A stretch of 64,000 nucleotides of DNA, from assembly GCF_009914755.1 (NCBI RefSeq), contig NC_060926.1, one strand, 5' to 3'. Below the pieces are notes generated by a model. It was not told where the DNA came from. It worked only from the letters and a program-made list of their open reading frames with translations, and searched no databases. This DNA is from the human T2T-CHM13v2.0 reference genome, Homo sapiens. Below are positions 35,556-55,650 of this stretch, piece by piece. How positions within the stretch are numbered: position 1 is the first letter of the stretch; the number at the start of each line of letters is the position of its first letter. Made by a program: the position numbers and the translations under genes.

Positions 35556-35719
35556 ACATTTACATATATGTGTATATATGTATGTGTGGAGGGAGGGAGA
35601 AAGAGAAAGGGGAGAGAGAGAGAGAGAAAGGGCCATATTAAAGCACAAAGAAAATATTGGAAATCTTTGTTTCTATGGAGTTGCCTCTTCTGAATATTTC
35701 ATAAAAACTGAATGATATA

Positions 35720-36650
35720 AAAGTGGACTTTTGTGTCTGGCTTTTTTCACTCAGCATGTTTTCAAGATTCATCTACGTTGCGGCACATGTTAGTATTTCC
35801 TTCCTTGTAATGGTTGAATACTTTTCATTGTATAAAATACCACACTTTGTTTTTCCATTCATCAGCTGATGAGCATTTTGGTGGTTTCTACTTTTGGATA
35901 TTAGAAATAATGCTCATATGAACAGTTGTATACAAGCTTTTGTCTATGTTTTCATTTCCCTTGAGTACATACCTAGGAGTAGAATTACTGGATTCTATGG
36001 TAATTCTATGTTTAACTGTTTAAGGAACTGCCAGACTGTTTTCCAAAGCAGCTGCACCATTTTACATTCCACCAGCAACGTATGAGGGTTCCAATTTCTC
36101 CACATCCTAGCCAACACTTGACATTTCCTTTTTTTTTAATTTTTTTATTACAGATACCCTAGATGGTGCTGAAGTGGTATCTCATTGTGGTTTTGATTTG
36201 CATTTCCCTAATGCCCAACGATGTTGAGCATCTTTTCACATGCTTATTGGCCATTTGTTTATCCTCTTTGGAGAAAGTTCTATTGCTTTGCCCCTTTTTA
36301 AAATGAGTTGTCTTTTTGTTGAGTTGTAATAGTTCTTTATGTATTCTGAATTCTAGACACTTTTCGGATATAGGATTTACAAATATTTTCTCCCATTCTG
36401 TGAGCTGCCTTTTCACTTTCTATTTCATTTAATTAATTTATTTAGAGATAGGGTCTCATGGTGCCCAGGCTATTTGCAGGCATAATCATAGCTTACTGTA
36501 GCCGTGAACTCCTGGTCTCAAGGAATTCCTTTTGCCTCAAGCTTCCCACGTAGCTGGGACTACAGGCATGTGCTACCACGTCCACCTTGTCTTTTCACTT
36601 TCTTGACAGTATTCTCTGAGGCATTTATAACTATATAAATTTTGATGCCA
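35720..36650 (-). mobile_element. L1MB 3' fragment with an embedded Alu monomer (~36430-36590)
   Basis: ORF 36159-36416 gives L1 ORF2 C-terminal-like peptide (..[21 protein letters not shown]). Confidence 0.8.
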
Positions 36651-37017
36651 TCTGATTCTTGATCCTTTACTTAGGTTAGACCTGTTTTATTTTCCTTTCT
36701 GGAAGCTTTTAGGGCCTTTATTTCTGGTGTTCTGAAAATGGTTATTTTGACTGTTTTTTTTTTTTTTTCATTCATTGTACAGAACATTTGGTAGGTCCTT
36801 TCGGTTAGAAGATATGAGTCATTTTGCTCTATGTGAGAACTACATCCTCTTCTACCATGGCCAGAGATCAATAAGTAAGATCTAAAACTGATAAAATAAG
36901 AAATAGTGACAAGAGCCTAAACTTTGAAAATATGGAGATAAGTACCAGGGACAACAACTAGAAGAGGTGAGGGTAGCTACTTATGAAAGATAGGGAAGAA
37001 TGTGACAGAGGCCCACT

Positions 37018-37919
<902 letters not shown>

Positions 37920-38248
37920 TTATTTTGAGAGGAAAGAAACCTAATTATGCTTAATCTGCCAGCTTTTAAATATATGAGTGTGTGGCCCCCATTACCTTGT
38001 GGTTCCCCTAGATTTTTACTTATAACAAACTTACTGAGTGCAAAACATTGTTAAATTATGATGAATTTAAGCAAAAACTAAGAACAAACAATCTAACCAA
38101 ACAAGTTTTTGAAGACTGAGCTTTAAATGGAAGCAAATAGTCTAGAACTCCTCTCTGTGTTACTCACATCACCTCTTTCACTTTTAGTTAACCAATCTGC
38201 TGGTATTAAGAAGAACTAAGTCTTTAAAAAACTCTTTTGTAAATGTTA

Positions 38249-38428
<180 letters not shown>

Positions 38429-40560
38429 TTAACACAGAGACAGTACAGTTGATATTACAGCATTATTGAATCCCAAAGTTTACTTAGTCACTTCTTGGTT
38501 TAAATGCAAGTACATGTGTAAAAATGTTAGCAAAGAGTTAATCTCCCAAGTCTCTTTTCTTCACTACTACACCAAGAGTAATTAAACTACTCAGCATTAC
38601 AGAAGGAAAGCCCAGGTATAGCTCTGAGATATGCATCAGTAAAACAGGCCCCTCGGAAACCTGGAGACTTGCCATGCTAAAAAAGTTTGTGGGAGCCAGC
38701 AAAATCTGCTCGACTACCCCTGAGGTGAGGTTTTTCAAAGGGAACGCTATCTAAAGCAAATCTTTCATTTCTAATCATCTTAGTCCTAACCCATTTTTAT
38801 GAGAAAATCTTCATTACTCCAAACCACTAATCAACTGTAGTTAGCCTTCATTAGGGCACTTAATTACGGATACTTTGCATTCTTGGTTGTATTTTTCATG
38901 TGTATATTTCTTATTCTTCACAACTAGATTATCAAGTCCTGGAGGAAGGGAAATGCTTCTTTTGTGTTGCTATCGTCCAGCACTGGGGCTAAGTATAGAG
39001 AAGGCCCTCAATAAATACTTAGTTGTTAAAATGAACAAATGAATTACAACAGAACTACTCGACTAAAGAAAGCATTATTTAAATTAAAATTGACCTTTTG
39101 GTGACTCAGAAGAACCCCTTTATTTGTGAAAATTTCTTTAGAGATATAACATGACATTTGAGAAACTGCCAAAGAAGGGAACTTTGGAAATGCTCCATAC
39201 CAGTACTTCTTAACTGGGAAGTAGAGGTGGTCACAGGGCAGTTGCCAGGGTTTATGATCCCTTCACAACTTCCCCTCTAAACCGTACTTGGCATCTGTCT
39301 CCCTGGCCTTCTGCGCAGCCTGCCTGCCTCTGTACTTATAGAAGAGCAGATGGAAAGCTTCAGTGACCACATCAGTGGCATCACCCTCTTCCCTTCCAAG
39401 AGACTGTAGCAATCTGAACCCTGTCTCACTTCTTATCCCTGGGGTTTTGGAAGTGTTAAAAAAAATGTGCAAAAACAAATCTTATAGGGGAACTGAAAAG
39501 GACACCCTCACACACTATTTGGAGAATATAAATAAACACAAATTTATAAGAAGCAACTTGGCAATAAATGTTTACTCCTGCTTAATGATGCCATCTAATT
39601 TTACCCACCCTAGGGCAGATGGAAATGTGTACAGACATTTGGGTATTTGGGTACAGGGATAGTTACCCAAGTGATATTCCTAATAGCAAAATTTACAAGT
39701 AATTAAAATGTCCCAAATGAATGTTGAATACTATGCAGCTGGAAATCTTTTCTAAGAATATTTAATAATATGGGAAATACTTATATTTTAATATTGTATC
39801 CAAAATGTTAGAGTAGAATTCCAATTTTATTTTCTAAAGTAAGGTGTATATAGATATACACACACACAGAGAGAGAAAAGGAAATAACTGCTGTTAATGT
39901 CTTACAGATATTTTTGGTAAGTGATTTTTACTTTTTTGTTATATGTCCCTATACTTTCTGTATTCCCTAGAGGACAGATAGATATATAATGTGTTACTAA
40001 ATTTATTTATTGTTTCTAACGTGATTAAACATATTTAAAAAAAGAAATGTAGCCTCATGAACGCATGAAAAGTTATATTTACAAAATATCTAAAAAATAA
40101 GGAATTAGGACCTAGAATATATCCTTTGAATTGTTTAATCGCTGTGTGCAAATCTAGAACTTAACCTGTGTTTCTTCGTAATTACAACCAAGAACAAAGT
40201 AACCATGGGTCCTGCTCATTTATTTCAAGGATGAGAAAATTAAGAGAGTTCTAATAATAAATAATTTTAAAACAATGTTTTAGTATAGCTTCTAAGGCTT
40301 GGGTAAGATTGTACAATTCATACAGCCCAAATATTTTGTGTGACTTTTTAAGGAGCACTTTATAAAGTGACAGTTTCTATGTTTAAAGAGGATTAAGAAG
40401 ATAATTAAGACTGTCCATTTTTAACTACCAAATTTTAACCACTATACATTGCCATAAAATTTCTACAGCTATCCTAATTTTCTAGTATTTTCAACAATAC
40501 GAAATATAGCTTCAGTTGTCATCAACCTCTTCCTTTCTCAAATGGCAACCCATTTCCAAG

Positions 40561-40580
40561 ACACACACACACACACACAC
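40561..40580. repeat. (AC)10 microsatellite
   Basis: Perfect dinucleotide run. Confidence 0.9.
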
Positions 40581-40948
40581 AGCAGCCACAAGCCACACTA
40601 CAGTCAGCACAGAAGTGTGTATGGGGTGGCCGGGACTACCTGGTGTTCATCTTTTCACTAGCATTCACCTTCACTCATCCACCAAACACTTATGAAACTA
40701 TGCCACATTCTAGGTGTTGTTTCAGGTGTTAAGAGTAGAATGAGAGACAAGCTAAGTCCCTATACTGATAGTTTATATTTCACAGGGAAAGAAAAAAGAA
40801 CCTCAAAGAGTTAAAAATGCTGTAAAAAGAAACCAGTGTAATGGGATGGACCCAGGCAGGGAGTGAAGGGAGAAGCATCTCTTTTAAATAGGACTGGGTG
40901 AGAGAGGCTTCCCAAGTCGTGAGCCTTCATTAATAAGCATCCAGATAG

Positions 40949-41641
<693 letters not shown>

Positions 41642-42519
41642 AAAACTGTTTTTAATATCAATTCTGTTGTATGACTATGTAGAAAAATTGGATCATACAG
41701 AAAAGTCCAAAATAGATTAAAATTCATTTGAAGTCCCACTACTCAGAAGCAATGACTGTTGATATTTTATGGCTCTTCTAGTCTTTTTTCCTATAGATAG
41801 AAATATGTATTTATAGTATTTTGATATTTCATACAGTTTTAATTTTTCCTTTCACCACCCCTTGGCCAGATCATTTGAGCAGGATGATTTAATTACCAGG
41901 GCCAATAGATTTATTTTATTTATTTTTCTACGTAAGCCAGTTTGGATACTTTTGGTTGCAACCAATTGACTATATATGAAAGTCTCCTATAAATAAAAAT
42001 CTCTTCTGTATCTCTTCTAATTTCTAAATTTATTTGTGATTTTCCCCCCTTAAGTAGGTATCTATGCTAGAGAGGATTATCTTTATTTTAAACTATTAGA
42101 AACAACCATGGTGATGCTATTTTACTGTTTCACCAGTATCAATTCTTATGTTTGTTTTCCATCTTCTTGGCTCCTCCCTGCCTTCTATTGAGCAGAATTC
42201 TAATCTCTTATACAGTAATGTGCTATGTAATGAAGGCCTGAAAATAAATTTATCTCCAAATGGAACTTTGAAAACTTCCTATAGATTTCACTATTTTTCA
42301 TTTCTTTCATTTTTAAAAAAAGTTTTTTACATTTTCTTTTAAGATGGGGTCTATTTTGCCCAGGCTGGCCTGGAACTCCTGGACTCAAGTGATCCTCTCA
42401 CCTCACCCTCCTGAGTAGCTGAGATTATAGGCTCAAGCCACAGTGCCCAGCTTCTTTCATCATTTTCTTAATACTTTGTATGAGTATTTTTACTTCATTA
42501 TTGACCTGATAGTTATTTT

Positions 42520-42629
42520 TAAAAACTCTTTTTTTTTTTAAGTTCTGGGGTACATGTGTAGGACGTGCAGGTCTGTTACACAGGTAAACGTGTGCCATGG
42601 TGGTTTGCTGCACTTATCAACCCATCATC
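42520..42629 (-). mobile_element. ~110 bp 5'-truncated L1PA insertion
   Basis: aagttctggggtacatgtg..ggtaaacgtgtgccatggtggtttgctgcac; 20-bp TSD tattgacctgatagttattt at 42499 and 42630. Confidence 0.85.
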
Positions 42630-42673
42630 TATTGACCTGATAGTTATTTAGGAGGGTTTTAAAATTTCCAGTT

Positions 42674-42965
42674 GGCCAGGCACAGTGGCTCACGCCTGTA
42701 ATCCTAGCACTTTGGGAGGCCAAGGCGGGAGGATTGCTTGATCCCAAGAGTTCAAGACCAGCCTTGGCAACATAGTGACACCTCATCTCCACAAAAAACA
42801 AAAAAATTATCTGAGCATGGCGGTGTGGACCTGTAATCCCAGCTACTTGGAAGGCTGAGGTGGGAGGATCACTTGAGCCCAGGAGGCAGAGGCTACAGTG
42901 AGCCAAGATCACATGACTATACTCCAGCCTGAGTGACAAAGACCCTGTCTCAAAAAAATAATAAA
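42674..42965 (+). mobile_element. AluJ
   Basis: Full Alu; TSD aaaatttccag. Confidence 0.88.
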
Positions 42966-44234
42966 ATTTCCAGCCAGCAAAACAGAAGCAAAAGCAAAAA
43001 TAAAAACAGACAAAATTATAAAAATCAATTTATACACCACTATACCCTTCTTTTAATATATTATAATCATAAAAAGGCATTTACAATATCCATGATATTT
43101 CTTTGTGGCCTAGAAGTTCAAAATGAAAGTAAATATAATTATAATTTATTCATCAATAAATCTTCAAATAGCAACTGTATATAAAGCTTAGTATTTTTTT
43201 ACCTAGCTTCCCTTTCTAACCTTTTTTTTTTTAAATTATAATCCAACCTGAAGTTTCCCTTTCATGGGGATATTTAAACACATCTATTTATTTGTTGTCA
43301 TAACTAATATTTGGCTTTAGCATCACTTGTATTTCCATATCCTTTCCCTTTGCTGCAGTTTGTGTTTGTCGTCTGTAAGTGATACAGAGGTAGAAATATT
43401 GTTTTATTATTCTATTTGCCAAACTTAGCTACATCAAGTACAAATCCCTATTCCCATCTTTATTTTCCATGTTCTTACCATCGTCCATTTCCTAATCTTT
43501 GTTAATTTAATATAGGAATGACAAACTCAGCTTATAATGATAAGCATACTTAAAATTATTTGTCTTTTACTAGGAATACATTTTGGATTTTATTCTCATT
43601 TTGGTATCAATATTCACAAGAACCATTGGCACATATCGTTCATTGGGTTTGATGTCTATTGCCAATTTTTATATATTTCTCATCTCAAATTAACTTTTAA
43701 TAGGTAACACATTCAGATGGCTCAAAAAGAGCTAACAGTAAAAGTTCCCTCTCACTCTGTCCCTCACTGGCCTAGCCCCACCAGTTACTTCCCCTCTGCC
43801 ACTGCCCCCATAGCCATTTGTTTCTTACACATCATTCCAGAGTTTTTTAATGTAAACATAAGCAAATGTATATCTATCTTTTCCTCCTTTACACAAAAGG
43901 TGTACACATTTCTGCATTTTGTTTTTTTTCACTTAAGATACTTTTTTGACTCTTAATATGTAAAAATGCTTGATTTCTTTTTTCTTTTTTTTGAGACAGA
44001 GTCTTGCTCTGTTGCCCAGGCTGGAGTGCAGTGGCAGGATCTTGGCTCACTGCAATCTCCTTCAAAGACGAAATACAAAATAAAAATTCACATTGCAAAA
44101 AAGAAACACTTGACTAAGGTAAACAATGCAAACACTTCAAAAGGATGCTCTATGACAGTAAAACAAACTTGCCCTCCTCAAAGGCAGTTCCTATTACTGG
44201 TCTCTGATATAATCTTTCAAAGATAGTCAAATCC

Positions 44235-46282
44235 AGTGGTTCTTGAAGTATGGTCCATGGATTCCTCGGGACCCTAACACCCTTTCAAAAGGTCTGCAAG
44301 GCCAAGACTATTTTCATAATAATACTAAGATATAATTTTTCACTGTGTTGACATTTGCACTGACAGAACCTAAGCATGAATCAAGCGAGCAGTGCCAAGC
44401 TGTACCAGTAGCAATTACATTCTTCAGCACCACGTGCTCACAGGCAAAACCAAAAAACATTTCACTTAAAATGTCCTTAGCAGTAGAAATTATTAATTTA
44501 TTAAATCTCAACCTTTAAATATACACCTTTTTAATAATCTGACAAAATGGAAAATATTCAGAAAAACATTTATGCTCCATACCAAAGTACAATAGTTGTC
44601 TCCAAGTTTGATACCTTGGATATGCTAATAACCCTGATCCAATCACTAAATAGTGTATGTATTAAAACGACAGTATGTACCCCATAAATATGTACAATTA
44701 TGAGTCAATTTAAAAAACAAACTAATTTTAAGAAGTTGAGACCTGCTGATGTAAGCATAGATTAGCTTGTGAGTATCATTAGCATTTGTGCAATTATTTG
44801 AGTTACAATATGCTCTAGCTGCTCTTTTCATAGAACACCATTTTGACTTGAAAGAATAATTGGTAGACAAACTACAGTTATTGAGACTTGGATACTTGAC
44901 AGAGAGTTTTTTTTTCGAGATGGAGTCTTGCTCTGTCACCCAGGCTGAAGTGCAGTGGTGCAATCTCGGCTCACTGCAACCTCTGCCTCCTAAGTTCAAG
45001 CAATTCTTGTGCCTCAGCCTCCTGGGTAGCTGGGACTACAGGCATGCGTTACTATGCCCAGCTAATTTTTGTGTTTTTACAAGAGACGGGGTTTCACCAT
45101 GTTGGCCATGCTGGTCTCGAACTCCTGGCCTCAGGTAATCTGCCTGCCTCGGCCTCCCAAAGTGCTGGGATTATAGGTGTGAGCCACTGCGACTGGCCGA
45201 GGGACACTTTCTTAAAGATGAACAATGAGACCGGGCATGGTAGCTCACGCCTGTGATCCCAGCACTTTGGGAGGCTGAGGTTCAAGGATGGCTTGCGGCC
45301 AGAAGTTCAAAACTAGTCTGGGTAACACAGCAAGACCCCATCTCAAAAAAAAAAACAAACAACATTTTTTTTTTAAAGAGAAAAAAAGATGAACAATGTG
45401 AGAATGGCATTTCAAGGAAAACTAACAGTATTTGTTGCCAATGTTAAAAGTTGAGCTTTTAAGTGAAAATTAAAATTTTGGAAGATTTCAGTCTACCAGT
45501 GGGAATTTGATAGCCTCCTAATATGTACATAAAGCCTTTTCTGGTGAGATTGGTGGTTGTATTAACCAAAGTGACTTTTTATATTACATAATGAACTGTG
45601 ATGACTTTTGGAATAGTTGCCAAACTTAGGGAACCAATAGTTTCCAAATGACTAATGCACAATGTAAAGTCAAGCATGGGTAAAAAGATCCATTCAAAGT
45701 ACAAAATGGACCAAGGGATGTTAAAAGTACCAGAGTACAAAATATTCATGAATGGTTTTAGATTCCACAGTGTAAATGACTTCTAAGAAACTATCATTTA
45801 CTAAGTTTTGATATACTATCAAAGACAAAATATCTACAATTACTTGAAATGAAATATTGCTCTTTTTTCCAACTACATATCTGTGCGAGGCCAGATTTCC
45901 TCATGTACTTCAGCCAAAATAACATACTGCAACAGATTGAACACAAAAGCAGATAGAAGAATGTAGCACTTTTATAAGTTAGCTTTAAAGAGACTGGCAA
46001 AAATGTAAACAAATGTCACTCTAATTTTTTTTTTTTGCAGGGGAATTGGTGCCTGTAATTTTTTTTTGTTTTAGAAAATACTTATTTTTCATAAAAATAT
46101 CTTAAGATGTGATAGGTTTCATTGTTATTTAGTTGATTTAATAAAGTTTTATAAATTTCTCTTTTAACTTCTAATATAACAAATATCGATAGATAAAATT
46201 TTGTTAAGAAAACCTTTTGGGTTCTCAGTTATTTCTACAAGTGTAAGTATGTACTGAGCCCAAAACGTCCGAGACCCGCTGC
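44235..46282. mobile_element. Charlie1-like hAT DNA transposon interrupted by an L1 fragment and Alus (44906-45198 -, 45231-45360 +)
   Basis: Termini cagtggttct.../...gagacccgctg; Charlie1-like internal sequence. Confidence 0.65.
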
Positions 46283-46809
46283 TCTAAGCATAGAGAAGCT
46301 TGTGAAGATCATTTGCCTGGTGGTGGCTGAGCATGCTCGCCTGATGCTTCCAGGATGCCCTGCTCCCCCAGCTCTTCCAGTCCCTGCCCTGATTACAGTG
46401 CTTTTCCTGTGAAGGCCAAGCAGCCCACAAGGCAACACCTGCCGGCCTGTGTGCCTCTATTTCCTACTGTGGTACATGCTGGAAGTTGCCTATGAGTGAC
46501 CACAAAGGGCAGCTCAGTATAGTACCTCTGGGTCTAGCTGGCTCTGAAAACAGTTCCAACACAGTCTACACAAGGCAAACGAGTTAAGTTTGGGAGGGTG
46601 GCATTCAAAGTCTCTTTCCAAATTCCTGGTTGCTGTCAGGTGCTTGTTCAGGGGGTGAGTGCATTTTATGTGTTGTATTTTTCTTAATCCAGCCCCAATT
46701 CAGGTTGTAGAAACTACATCTTAGCTGTGTCACTATTCCACTACTGGAACACTACTGCCAGTTTTCATAATTTTCAGACTTACTGGGTTTTAGATTACTG
46801 GGTATTTTA

Positions 46810-47112
<303 letters not shown>

Positions 47113-50100
47113 TTATTTAAAAGACTACAAAGAAAAAATACAACAAACTAGATATTTTCAAGCATATTTCTTTTTAAAATGGGCTAACAGGAAAATAGTG
47201 ACAATTTTTCTGTGCCAGACAAGTACTGCTAGTAAAGAAAAGGGAAGGGTAGCAAAGAGTGCTAGTATTTATTGAACATCTACTTAAACCCTTTGAGGTG
47301 CACATTCCCTAGGGATCATGGTACTTAATCCTCAATCTTATTATTCTATATATTCTTCCCAGGCAAGCATCTCTACACTTATGACTTAAAGCCTTAATAA
47401 TTATAACTAATAATAACTAGTTCATAAATAGAACTTGCAATGTGCTAGGCACTGTTCAAAGCAGTTTACTACTACTAACTCATGTACTACAACCCCATTA
47501 GATGAGTACTAACCCCATTTTACAGACATAGAAAGTGAGGCCCAGAAGTTAAACAAATTGCCCAAGGTTACCCAACTAGCAAGTGGTGAAGCAGGGATTC
47601 AGACCTGAGCAGTCTGGCTCTATGAGGAAAGGACCTTGTGATCCACTGCCACGTGCCCAGATTTCAGTCCAGTTCTTGCTCTATGGTAGCTAATTACTAT
47701 TTGGTGAATGAATGAAACAGACTGATCTTTTGGTTTGCGTCTGAGGGGGATATAGATTATCAGAAGGGATAAGAGCTCTTCACTACTACTCTATGCTGCC
47801 TCTCGTAAAACCTCTATGTTCTCAAGACTATATCTACTCCCAGATCTCTGCCCTGAGTTCTAAACTCATATTACACTGTTTATTGAATACATCTAACCAG
47901 AGGTCTCATGGGCTTCTCAAACCCAAGGTGCCCTACATGAAATACATCACCTCTCCCTCAGAGTCTACTCTACTCTGCGGGTAATATGACCACCATTCAT
48001 AGCCCTTGAAATGAGGAAAAAGGAAGCCATTTAGCTCATGAAATTGAATTTCATCATGTTTCAAATACTGCCAGAAAATAACATTGCATTCCCAAACTCT
48101 AAAATACCATTAAACGATTTTGACTTGGAAGCATGAAGTTATTGTGTATAAGATCTATGGTAATAATCTGCAGCTCTCCAATAAATAACTTTGTACCAGA
48201 GGCAATAATAGACTATCCTGCATTAAATGTCATCTTTCTTCCCAACTCCCAACATCTGATGGCAGTTGTTATTTACTGAACCCTATAATAGACAAGCTTT
48301 TTGGCTCTCCAGTATCTATCTCCCTGTGCTTCCAGCAGAAGTATCTTGACTTTACTTTGGGAACTTCCTTCTTGCTGACTGTGCAGCAAAACCCCACGGT
48401 TAGTGTGGAAGGCATCCATGCTCTAAAAGTTGCTTACGCCAATCCATGGAATCCCATTGCCTGGCTAGGGATTGTTGAGGGATGGGTAGGTGTCCTTGGT
48501 TTAAGTAGAATAAAATTTCTGATAGTGGGAAAAAGCAATACTTTTCTCTCCACCCTCTACCCCACCAACTCCAAAAGACTTAAATAGAAACAAGAAATGG
48601 GGAGGACAGAAACCAGGTTCTGGCTAAATCACTTGATCTCAGCTAAAGCTTTACCTGAATTCTCAACAGTTTAGCCATGTGGGCCAACAGATTTCCTTTT
48701 CTGGTTAAGTCAGTATAAACACTTTTGAGTGCAAAGAAAATAAAATTCAAAATAAATGGTATGACCATCTAGAACATTCAGGCATTGTACTGAGACTATA
48801 ACAGGTAAAAGAAACAGATATGGTTCATACCCCATAGAAACCACAGAATAAATAATCCAGGTGTGATGAGAATAATGAAGAAGGACCAGGTTTCTGTCAG
48901 AACAGTGTATATCAAGAGGAACTGAGAAAAGTTCAGAGTGGAGAAAATAGAAGACTAGAAGTTAGTCTGAAGAGGCAGGAGCCAAAGTCCTGAAGACAAA
49001 AATGTGACCAAAATATAACAGGGGGAGAGGGCCTAGAAGGTTTAACATTGAGCTCAAAGATTTAGGTCAGAACGTAGCAAAATGTACAGCTTTTTCACCC
49101 AGGAACAAAAATCTTGGCTTTTTTTTTTTTTTTGGTTGGGGGTGGCGCACTAGAAATCTTTAAAAGGAATTGTCTTCTATTTAGAAAGGAATAAAACTTT
49201 CTGATTTCTAGAAAAACTAACAGGAATATTAACTTTCTTCTTGCAATTTTTCTGGTGCATAGACAATTACAGAAAAATCTTTAGACAACATTGTAGCATT
49301 AAATGGATATTTACCAATATCTCATTTACATTATAAAATTAGCAGAAGAATATTCATTATTAGTGAAAACATGATTCATTGTCTTTCAAGTTGGCATTTG
49401 TGTGTACAGCAAGTGTTAAGTACAAGAAGAATGTGTATTTCAGCTAGCTGTTTCCCACCTAGTGATAAGCGTTTACTATATTCAAACCTAACTGCTAGTA
49501 TTCTCTCAAATTAGGGGTGTGTGGTCTCCTGTAAACTGTCTTCTCCAATCCAACCAAATAATTCATCTCTGAACTTTTCATTCAGTGCAGAACAATTCTT
49601 GGCAATCAGTTTGGGCCCACGTCAAAATCACTGAAGCATAATGATTTATATGACTAAATAACAATTATATTAAAAAATAAGAATTATTTCTAATTCCTAT
49701 TCTTGTTACCCTAAAACTCTTAAAATATACCCAAGAATTTGAAAACCTACTGCTGATTTTAGAAGAAAATAACTTGTGTCCAAATAGCTACTTTTGTGCC
49801 TGAAACAAGTCTGTTTTAAGTCTGAAAAGACTTAAAATGGATCCACATCTATCAAGACTTTAAGCTACTTTCATCAGAAAAGTATTTATACATTCACTCC
49901 ACATCTACTGGTGATGGCTAAGAGTATATGGAATGTGGGAAATTAGTTAAATAAAAGTTCCATGTACTTATTTTTAGAAACACTACTACGGAAATGTCAT
50001 GTTTTAGTAAGACTCTTTAATAATTTTGCATATTATATTACTGCAAAATTCACTACTGAATATATTGAAAATAGAATCCAAGGTTTTAGAGCTGTAAACA

Positions 50101-50625
50101 GTCATCTGTTAACTATTTGCTACCTTTCCCCATTCGGCTTCTTACCCCTTCCCCCAAAGTCTAAACAGTTCAGAAAAAGAAGCAAAAGTGTGGAGATTTG
50201 CCCCAATTCAAGCTGGCTAATGAAGGAACCCATGTCTCTCCTTCCATTCGGATCCCTTTCACCATGCTGCTTCAGAGCCCTGGAGGTATTGGTGTCAGGG
50301 TTACTCAAAACCATAGAAAAACAAAAACAAACAAACAAACAAAAAAACAGGCTATATCTGCTCATGGTGGATTTTACCTAAAGATTCTTTTTTCTTTTTT
50401 TTCCCTCACCTGGACTACTGAGAATACCTTTTACAGTAAAATGAACACAAACACATTACTGAAGACAATGAATGCATGGTTTGCCTAAAGTTTTCAGACA
50501 TAAGACTTCTTATTCTTGCAGCAGGCCCCTTCGAGGCTACTTTCTCAGACCTCTGCTCTCAGATGCTTTTACTCTCCCCAACTCTTAAGGATCCTTCAGA
50601 GTACTGCAAGTACTGCTCTGAATCA

Positions 50626-51501
<876 letters not shown>

Positions 51502-52259
51502 TCAAGTACCTGAACTGCACCCTCTGTTTAAAAAGCTTCAACTGTAATAAGGCCACTTACCAAATGACAACAAAACAACATACAAACTAAATAAAAACAT
51601 GCAATGTGAGATACAGAACATCACATTCCATTCATTCCTTCTAAAAAACTTAATTTTAAAGCTTAATTTTATACATGAAACAGTTACCTGGGACTGTCTG
51701 GGGCTGCCAGAGCAGCCAAAGCCTTTTATGCAAAGTGAGGACAGGATTCCTTGGTGGCTTAAAATTAACCTAAAAGGGCAGCGCCTCACAAGGCCTTGAG
51801 ACATGGGGCCACTTCACTTGGTCCTTCTATGGCTTAGTTATTGGTTGAGTCTATAATAAGCACCACTTTAACAAGGTACCTCACGTGGATCTAATGTTGC
51901 TTAGATACCTGTAGGTAGGAGTTTCACTCCAGTTGTTTGGTGGCAGTCTATCTACACATGCTTCCTTTTTCTTCTCCTTTAATAGTTTTTAAAGGGCCTT
52001 CCTTCCTATAGCACATCATAGTTAATATGGACAATATATTCAGGCTAAGTTTATGTATTTTTAACTGCAAATAGTTCAAAACTACTTAAAAAGGAGCTGT
52101 AAATTGTTAACTGCTAAGAGAACTAAATAACAAACATTTTTAAAAAATGGAGACAGAAGCAGATACCTTATACTGAGAAAAGTCACTATAAATCCCTCAA
52201 TCAATCACAATGTATAGAGTCCTATCAACTAGTAATTTTTTAAAATGTAAGTTCTCTCT

Positions 52260-54727
<2,468 letters not shown>

Positions 54728-55524
54728 TTAGAATAAAAGGTATTGCTGGAACCCTATCATCTTAAGCATCACACTGTTCTGAGCCAGAAATCACACTTCT
54801 AGGAATCTATCCTAAGGAAATAGATATTGTCAAAAGGTACATAAAAAGATGAATACTGCAAAGGTTTTTTTTATGGTAAAGTTATTTCTAATTCTAACAA
54901 ATTAGAAACCAAATTGTTTAACAATAAGAAATGGTTAAACAAAATATGGCACGTGTATTAAATGGACTATTACCAAGCCATAAAATACTTTTAATATATT
55001 TTAGGATTCTAATAACATATTCTTAATAACATGAAAAATATAGAGGATATGATGAAGAAAGCAACAGACAAAACTGTACAGTACTGGCAACTGGCTACCA
55101 GTTAGGTAAATATATGACCAGAAAACAAAATCAAAAGGAAATACTCTAAAGTGTTAATAGTTATTACCAGGTAGAGACAATATAATTCAAATGTTTTTGT
55201 TCTAGTACTTTTCCTTATTTATACAAAAATATAGAATGTTTTAAAATGCTGCAATTTACTGGTCTACAGTTATTATAAGCCACTAAACGAAAGTCCTGAG
55301 TTAATAATAAAAAACAAGGGCATATTTTAAAAGTAGATAGAAAGCAACCTATAGAGATAACAACTTTTAGACAGCTGGTTAATTGGCAGCACTTAGAACC
55401 TAAGATTTGAAACGTCTGAAACTGTTTTCTATGGTGTTTACAGAGTACAGTAAGAAGGATATTTTACCCATGAGATTAGATCACACTGTGCTGATTTCAA
55501 GTTTACTGAAGGTACCACCCATTA

Positions 55525-55650
<126 letters not shown>

